Assembly: GCF_001975725.1 (NCBI RefSeq)
Contig: NZ_CP019434.1
Span: 2,775,322 to 2,807,321 of the forward strand
From: Acidihalobacter ferrooxydans
Lineage (GTDB): Bacteria; Pseudomonadota; Gammaproteobacteria; DSM-5130; Acidihalobacteraceae
DNA length: 32,000 nt
Reading direction: 5' to 3'
Within the stretch, counting starts at the first letter, position 1; every line of letters starts with the position of its first letter. A program made the translations under genes and the position numbers. Below are positions 26,757-32,000 of the stretch, one piece after another. The notes under the pieces were generated by a model. That model was not told where the DNA came from and made no database searches. It saw only the letters and a program-made list of their open reading frames with translations.

Positions 26757-27212
26757 ATGAAGCTCCGGACCGTGATCATCGGCACGTTTAGCGTCGCCCT
26801 GCTGACATTTGCCATGACTGCCCACGCGAAAATCTATCGCTGGGTCGGCGCTGATGGTGTGGTCCATTTCTCGCAGCTCCCACCCGACAACGGGCAGAAA
26901 GCGACGCAAATCTCTGACACGCCAATCTCTGTCACGTCGGGTCCGCCTGCCGCAGCGACAAGCACGACAAAGGCGCCCGCGAGCGGCAAAGACAATACCC
27001 AGCAGGCCGCCAGCCAGAAAAAAAACGCCCAGACCAACACCGCGAGCGTGCAGCGCGCCTGCGCGGCGGCGCGCACCAATCTTACGGCCCTGCAGTCTGG
27101 CAAACGCGTAAAGGAACGGTTGCCTGACGGCACCACGAAATGGTTGGACGAGGCGCAACGTACAAAACGTCTGCAGCAAACCCGCAGTTTCATCGACAAG
27201 CACTGCAAATAA
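26757..27212 (+). CDS. DUF4124 domain-containing secreted protein
   Basis: The signal peptide MKLRTVIIGTFSVALLTFAMTAHA is followed by KIYRWVGADGVVHFSQLPP (DUF4124 signature). GGAGG lies 11 nt upstream of ATG 26757. The 414-aa track ORF is an artefactual upstream extension. Confidence 0.8.
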   Translation: MKLRTVIIGTFSVALLTFAMTAHAKIYRWVGADGVVHFSQLPPDNGQKATQISDTPISVTSGPPAAATSTTKAPASGKDNTQQAASQKKNAQTNTASVQRACAAARTNLTALQSGKRVKERLPDGTTKWLDEAQRTKRLQQTRSFIDKHCK

Positions 27213-27215
27213 GCC

Positions 27216-27560
27216 ATGCCCCTGCTCAGCATTGAAACCAATCATGCGCTCCCGCCGGACGCGGCCGAGGCCCTGCTCGTCGCAGCATCACGCCGCCTCG
27301 CAGAACTTCTCGGGAAACCCGAGCGTTATGTCATGGTGCGTCTCACGCACAACCCGATGATGCGTTTTGGCGGCTCCGCGGCGCCACTGGCTTACCTTGA
27401 ATGCAAGAGCCTGGGTCTGCCGGAGCAGCGCACGACCGAACTGTCTGCCGCACTCTGCGAACTGCTGGCTGACCATGCCGCCATCCCGGCAGCACGCATC
27501 TACATCGAATTTGCCGCACCGCAACGGCATCTGTGGGGTTACGACGGCGCGACATTCTGA
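27216..27560 (+). CDS. MIF/phenylpyruvate tautomerase-like protein (tautomerase superfamily)
   Basis: The N-terminal MPLLSIETN has Pro at position 2, the catalytic Pro-1 after Met removal. Length is 114 aa, with a pattern typical of MIF-domain proteins. Confidence 0.75.
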   Translation: MPLLSIETNHALPPDAAEALLVAASRRLAELLGKPERYVMVRLTHNPMMRFGGSAAPLAYLECKSLGLPEQRTTELSAALCELLADHAAIPAARIYIEFAAPQRHLWGYDGATF

Positions 27561-27616
27561 TCTGCACACTTCGATCATAGCCCACATTTTCTCTATCTTT
27601 ATCAAGGATTTTTACA

Positions 27617-29335
27617 ATGCGCGTCTCCGCATTTCCCCTCTATACGCTGAAGGAAGTCCCGGCCGAAGCCGAAATCATCAGCCACCAGCTCATGCTGCGC
27701 GCCGGGCTCATTCGGCGCCTTGCCTCCGGCCTTTACACCTGGATGCCGCTGGGCCTGCGCGTGCTGCGCAAAGTCGAACGCATCGTGCGGGAAGAAATGG
27801 ATGCGGCCGGCGCCCTCGAAATCCTGATGCCCTGCGTACAACCGGCCGAACTGTGGCAGGAGTCCACCCGCTGGGAAAAGTACGGACCGGAACTGTTGCG
27901 CCTGAAAGACCGGCACGAACGCGAGTTCTGTTTTGGCCCGACCCATGAAGAAGTCATCACCGACATCGCCCGTCGCGAACTGCGCAGCTACAAGCAGTTG
28001 CCGGTCAGCTTCTACCAGATCCAGACCAAGTTCCGTGACGAAATCCGCCCCCGCTTCGGCGTCATGCGCGCACGCGAATTCATCATGAAGGATGCCTACT
28101 CCTTTCATCTCGACGACGCTTCACTGGATGAAACCTACCGGCGCATGTACCAGGCCTACAGCAACATATTCACGCGCTTCGGACTGGAATATCGCGCGGT
28201 ACAGGCCGATAACGGCGCTATCGGCGGCAACGCCTCGCACGAATTTCATGTTCTGGCCGAAACCGGCGAAGATGCTATCGCGTATTGCGCCGAAAGCGGA
28301 TTCGCGGCAAACATCGAGCAGGCCGAAGCCGTGCCCGATGTCGCGGAACGACCCGCCGCGCGCGAAGCGCTGCGCAAGGTCGACACCCCGCAGGCCAAGA
28401 CCATCCAGGCGCTGGTCGAGCAGTTCGACATCCCGGTCGAGCGCACCCTCAAGACGCTCATCGCCCACGCCAGTGAAGCCGCAGGCGGTGGCCTGATCGC
28501 CCTGATCGTGCGCGGCGACCATGAACTCAACACCATCAAGGCCGAGAAACTGCCCGAAGTGGCAACGCCATTGCGTTTTGCCGATGAAGCGGAAATCCGT
28601 GCGGCGGTCGGCGCCGGCCCCGGCTCGTTAGGCCCGATCGACCTGCCGATACCCTGCATCGTGGATCGCAGCGCAGCCCTGGTCGCCGACTTCGCTGCCG
28701 GCGCCAATATCGACCATGTGCACTACTTCGGCATCAACTGGGTGCGCGATCTGCCAATGCCGCAGATCGCCGACATCCGTAACGTGCGTGAAGCCGACCC
28801 GAGCCCGGACGGAGCGGGGCCACTGCGTATCGTGCGCGGCATCGAAGTCGGCCACATATTCAAACTCGGTCGCAACTACAGCGAAAAACTGCAAGCCAGC
28901 GTACTCGACGAGCAGGGCCAGCCGGCCAGCATGACCATGGGTTGCTACGGCATCGGCGTGTCGCGCGTGGTCGCCGCGGCCATCGAGCAGAATTACGATG
29001 AACGTGGCATCATCTGGCCGACGCCAATCGCCCCGTTCCAGATTGCTCTGGCGCCGATCAATATGCATAAATCCCAGCGTCTGCGCGACGCCGCCGAAGC
29101 GCTGTACGCGACGCTCACCACGGCAGGGTTCGAGGTGTTGTTCGATGACCGCGACGCGCGCCCCGGCGTCAAGTTCGCCGATCTCGAACTGATCGGCATC
29201 CCGCATCGCGTCGTCCTCGGCGAACGCGGACTGGACGCGGGCGAGGCGGAATACAAGGGGCGCCGCGACCAGGAGGCGCAGAACGTCCCCCTCGGCGAAT
29301 TGGTCGAATTCCTGCGTGAACGTTGTGCGGGCTGA
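27617..29335 (+). CDS. proS: proline--tRNA ligase
   Basis: [46 protein letters not shown] ... [25 protein letters not shown] is canonical bacterial ProRS with an INS editing domain. Length is 572 aa. Confidence 0.97.
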   Translation: MRVSAFPLYTLKEVPAEAEIISHQLMLRAGLIRRLASGLYTWMPLGLRVLRKVERIVREEMDAAGALEILMPCVQPAELWQESTRWEKYGPELLRLKDRHEREFCFGPTHEEVITDIARRELRSYKQLPVSFYQIQTKFRDEIRPRFGVMRAREFIMKDAYSFHLDDASLDETYRRMYQAYSNIFTRFGLEYRAVQADNGAIGGNASHEFHVLAETGEDAIAYCAESGFAANIEQAEAVPDVAERPAAREALRKVDTPQAKTIQALVEQFDIPVERTLKTLIAHASEAAGGGLIALIVRGDHELNTIKAEKLPEVATPLRFADEAEIRAAVGAGPGSLGPIDLPIPCIVDRSAALVADFAAGANIDHVHYFGINWVRDLPMPQIADIRNVREADPSPDGAGPLRIVRGIEVGHIFKLGRNYSEKLQASVLDEQGQPASMTMGCYGIGVSRVVAAAIEQNYDERGIIWPTPIAPFQIALAPINMHKSQRLRDAAEALYATLTTAGFEVLFDDRDARPGVKFADLELIGIPHRVVLGERGLDAGEAEYKGRRDQEAQNVPLGELVEFLRERCAG

Positions 29336-29341
29336 ACCCGA

Positions 29342-29629
29342 TCAATAGCGGATAGTGAAACCTTCGGCCGCTTCGAGCGGCGCGGATGCACACTCGACGG
29401 CGTCGACGCGCGCAAGATCCGGCCCCCGCGTCAACCAGTCACGCAACTGGTCCAAACTCCCCGCTGCGCCGCGCGCGTACACCTCTACCCGCCCATCGGG
29501 CAGGTTACGCGCATAGCCACAAAGACCCAGTGCGCTCGCCCGCGCACACGTGGCTGCGCGGAAGAATACGCCCTGTACGCGCCCGCGCACCAGGCAACGA
29601 ACCGCGACCTCATCCATGTACTGGCTCAT
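29342..29629 (-). CDS. acyP: acylphosphatase
   Basis: It carries VRGRVQGVFFRAAT ... GYARNLPDGRVEVYARG ... and is about 95 aa long. The start is ATG 29629 or 29617, overlapping the yihY 3' end. Confidence 0.85.
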   Translation of the reverse strand: MSQYMDEVAVRCLVRGRVQGVFFRAATCARASALGLCGYARNLPDGRVEVYARGAAGSLDQLRDWLTRGPDLARVDAVECASAPLEAAEGFTIRY

Positions 29630-30935
29630 CGTCGTGCGTCTGCCCGGCCAGCAAGACATCGAATGACACGTCCAGGCGCCGACTCGCATCGATCAGTGCT
29701 TCATTGATGCGCTGCCCGATCCAGCGATCCCAAACCTCACTGTCCACGCCGTGCGCACCCTTCAGATCAAGATCGAACCCGCCACCGCGGTAAAGTTCGC
29801 CGAGCGTCAGCTCGTGCAAATCACGTGACACCAACCAATCACCCTCAACCGATTGATGTGCGATATTCATGGTGGCCAGACGTTGCAGCATGTGCTCCAC
29901 CTGCGTTTGATCAAATGCCGGCTCCTTGAGATGCAGTGCCGTCAGGCTCAGCCCAACGCCCCGACGCTGGGCCTCGCCAAGACGCGCGATCAGGCGTACC
30001 GCCAACCATAACGAACGCGCCGCCTGCGCATCGGTAAACCGCTTGCGGTGACAATTGCCATCCAGGCAAGCCGTCACTTCGGCGCCAAACAGAACCATCA
30101 ACCAGGATAAATACAACCAGATCAGGAAAATCGGAATCGCCGAGAACACCCCGTAAATCAATTCGTAACTATTGAAATTGGAAACGTAAAACGCGAAACC
30201 ACGCTTGGCGAGTTCAAACAGCACCGCCGTCAACAGCCCTCCGATCAACACGGCCCGCAGGCGTACCCGCACACGCGGCACGAGCGCAAACAACATACTG
30301 AACGCGAGCGTTTCCAGAAACAGCGGAACCAGACTCAGCAAAAGCCAATCCAGGACATGCGCCGCACCGCCATAGACATGCGCCTTGTACACTGCGTAAA
30401 GGTACGTTGAGGCGACGATGCCGGAACCCAACAGGAGCGGCGCGAGCGTCAGCATAGCCCAGTACACGACGAGCATCATGGCCATTTTACGGCGACGATG
30501 CGCGCGCCAGATCCCGTTCAAAGCCGTATCGACTTCCTCCAGCACCAGAACCACATTGACGAACAACCACAGCGACCCAACTATAGTCAGCTTCGACGCC
30601 TTTTCGCTGAACTGCAACAGATACTGCTCTACATGCTCGCCCGACGCCGGCATCAACTGTCCCATCAGCAGATGGCGCAAATCACCGGTCATGGTCTGAA
30701 ACACCGGAAACAGGCTCAGCACGCCGAATACGACCGTCACCAGCGGCACCAGGGACAACAAGGAGGTGAAAGTCAGGCTCCCGGCTGCTTGCATGCAGCG
30801 GTCCTCGAAAAACCGCTTGATGACAACACGAAACAGATCCGCAAATGCGATCAGCGCGTTTTTTCCTGCTGCTGAAAAAGCGAAGGGGGCTACACGGCCC
30901 CCTTCGCTTTTGCCCGGATCAGTGGAATTGCGCAA
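29610..30935 (-). CDS. YihY/BrkB-family inner membrane protein with a long cytoplasmic C-terminal extension
   Basis: The N-terminal FFEDRCMQAAGSLTFTSLLSLVPL is followed by 6 TM segments typical of YihY, and then about 150 aa of soluble C-terminal domain. Confidence 0.85.
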   Translation of the reverse strand: MRNSTDPGKSEGGRVAPFAFSAAGKNALIAFADLFRVVIKRFFEDRCMQAAGSLTFTSLLSLVPLVTVVFGVLSLFPVFQTMTGDLRHLLMGQLMPASGEHVEQYLLQFSEKASKLTIVGSLWLFVNVVLVLEEVDTALNGIWRAHRRRKMAMMLVVYWAMLTLAPLLLGSGIVASTYLYAVYKAHVYGGAAHVLDWLLLSLVPLFLETLAFSMLFALVPRVRVRLRAVLIGGLLTAVLFELAKRGFAFYVSNFNSYELIYGVFSAIPIFLIWLYLSWLMVLFGAEVTACLDGNCHRKRFTDAQAARSLWLAVRLIARLGEAQRRGVGLSLTALHLKEPAFDQTQVEHMLQRLATMNIAHQSVEGDWLVSRDLHELTLGELYRGGGFDLDLKGAHGVDSEVWDRWIGQRINEALIDASRRLDVSFDVLLAGQTHDDEPVHG

Positions 30936-30953
30936 GACAAACCATCCAGTTGA

Positions 30954-31739
30954 TTACTTACCCTGCATGAACTGCGAAGCGCTCTCATGCAGGTATTTCA
31001 GGTCGCTACCGGTCGGCTGCGTCAGCGTCCATGCACCACGATGCTTGGCGTGATAGATCGCCGCATCGATCTGTATCCGGGTCATTGAGCGGTTGATCGT
31101 AAATATCTGACCGGGGAAAATCAGATCAGGCGAGTGAATTTTCGACGCATTGGCCTTATAAATCAGCGGCCATTCATAGGGGTTGCCGTAAATTTTCTTC
31201 TTGCCGGAAATTGCCCAAAGAGTGTTGCCTTTGACCACCGTATATGTGCTCGGCAAGGCACGCTTCAATGCGGCCAGCATCTTCTTGGTCAGTTCATACA
31301 GCGGCTTGCCCTGCGATTCGCTGTAATACTGCTCGGCCTGTTTCAGCCGAGCGAGTTGACCTGCATTCATTGAACCTTTCATTTTCTGCAACTGTTGCAG
31401 ATTTGCCAGGCCCTTGCCTAAATAATACTGATTGATGCCAACCCCGGCTTCAGCCTTGGCCTTGTTGGCCAACTTGGTGGCCTGCTGATAGTCACCACCG
31501 GAGTAGGCCTTCTCGGCTTGCACGATCAAAGGCTGCGTCGTACTCAAGGCATAACCCTTGGCGTTTGCCTGCGCGTATGCAGACTTGGCCGCCGCAATCG
31601 CATGCGCCGCCGCTTCCTTGGCTGCGCTGTGCTGTACCGTCGGAACTTCGGTCTGCGAAGTGGTCGCACAACCGCCGGCAAGACCCAGCGAAACGGCAGC
31701 CCCCGTAATCAACACTATACGTGTCACACCGAACTTCAT
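30954..31739 (-). CDS. LysM domain-containing lipoprotein
   Basis: It has the lipobox SLGLAGGCA. The C-terminal LysM is YTVVKGNTLWAISGKKKIYGNPYEWPLIYKANASKIHSPDLIFPGQIF. Ala/Gln-rich helical repeats lie in the middle. Confidence 0.85.
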   Translation of the reverse strand: MKFGVTRIVLITGAAVSLGLAGGCATTSQTEVPTVQHSAAKEAAAHAIAAAKSAYAQANAKGYALSTTQPLIVQAEKAYSGGDYQQATKLANKAKAEAGVGINQYYLGKGLANLQQLQKMKGSMNAGQLARLKQAEQYYSESQGKPLYELTKKMLAALKRALPSTYTVVKGNTLWAISGKKKIYGNPYEWPLIYKANASKIHSPDLIFPGQIFTINRSMTRIQIDAAIYHAKHRGAWTLTQPTGSDLKYLHESASQFMQGK

Positions 31740-31776
31740 AAGTTGTACTCCTCATGAACTCGTTCAGCAGAAAACT

Positions 31777-31800
31777 GCATTGTGCTTCCAGCACAACTGC
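31777..31800 (-). terminator. possible terminator for the gene entering from the right edge
   Basis: The - strand reads GCAGUUGUGCU gga AGCACAAUGC (10 bp with one bulge), followed by AGUUUUCUG. A second 7-bp hairpin, GGCGCTT aatc AAGCGCC, lies at 31807-31824. Confidence 0.35.
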
Positions 31801-31892
31801 TTGCCGGGCGCTTAATCAAGCGCCGCAGAACGCTTTCGAAGCTAGCACCCGACCTAAATACTGTCAAGAAACCCGCCGGACAGCCGTGCGCG

Positions 31893-32000
31893 TCACTGTG
31901 CGGTTTTCCTGGCCTTCAGCGCATCGTCGCGTGCGTGCTGCGCGGCCACCCTGGCCTGATCGGCGAGTTCGCGCGCAGACTGATACCCACCGACCTGAAG
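31893..32000 (-). CDS. 3' end of an unidentified ORF running off the right edge
   Basis: The open frame reads ...LQVGGYQSARELADQARVAAQHARDDALKARKTAQ* on the - strand, with a stop codon at 31893-31895. It is too short to classify. Confidence 0.3.
   Translation of the reverse strand, partial: LQVGGYQSARELADQARVAAQHARDDALKARKTAQ

Noticed and set aside
1-32000. A scan for CRISPR arrays, rRNA or tRNA genes, IS transposases, integrases, toxin-antitoxin pairs and prophage genes.
   Set aside because: I found no regularly spaced repeats, no RNA-gene signatures, and no ORF with transposase, integrase or TA motifs.

Overview
The window reads as a chromosomal segment of a GC-rich beta- or gammaproteobacterium; I did not try to identify the organism. 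About 90% is densely packed, conserved housekeeping DNA. On the + strand this includes xseB-ispA-dxs-queD-folE2, gcvR-bcp followed by a PIN-PhoH ATPase, and a DUF4124 gene, an MIF-like tautomerase and proS. On the - strand it includes dapA-bamC-MBL hydrolase, an AI-2E transporter, a LysR regulator, and a LysM lipoprotein, YihY and acylphosphatase. Four regions are less ordinary.
(i) A visibly lower-GC islet lies at the left edge (about 1-3130). It carries a type II restriction-modification-like pair in which the putative nuclease ORF has an N-terminal XRE/controller-type HTH. It also holds a small coiled-coil/HTH ORF and a 176-bp element bounded by perfect 23-bp inverted repeats, right at the junction with core genes.
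(ii) A rubrerythrin / CCG-domain Fe-S protein / DUF3501 cluster, with a pair of 19-bp direct repeats in its internal promoter region.
(iii) A GATase1-like ORF that appears to lack the catalytic Cys and His, translationally coupled to a small acidic ORF.
(iv) An OMF-MFP-RND efflux operon with no adjacent regulator gene, whose 5' leader contains a canonical but orphan intrinsic terminator. This is a candidate attenuator, riboswitch or sRNA.
I saw no rRNA, tRNA, CRISPR array, transposase or integrase. I cannot demonstrate a clearly novel multi-gene system from sequence alone. The efflux-operon leader and the HTH-nuclease R-M islet are my best candidates. All protein calls rest on motif recognition and remembered synteny, not on database searches.
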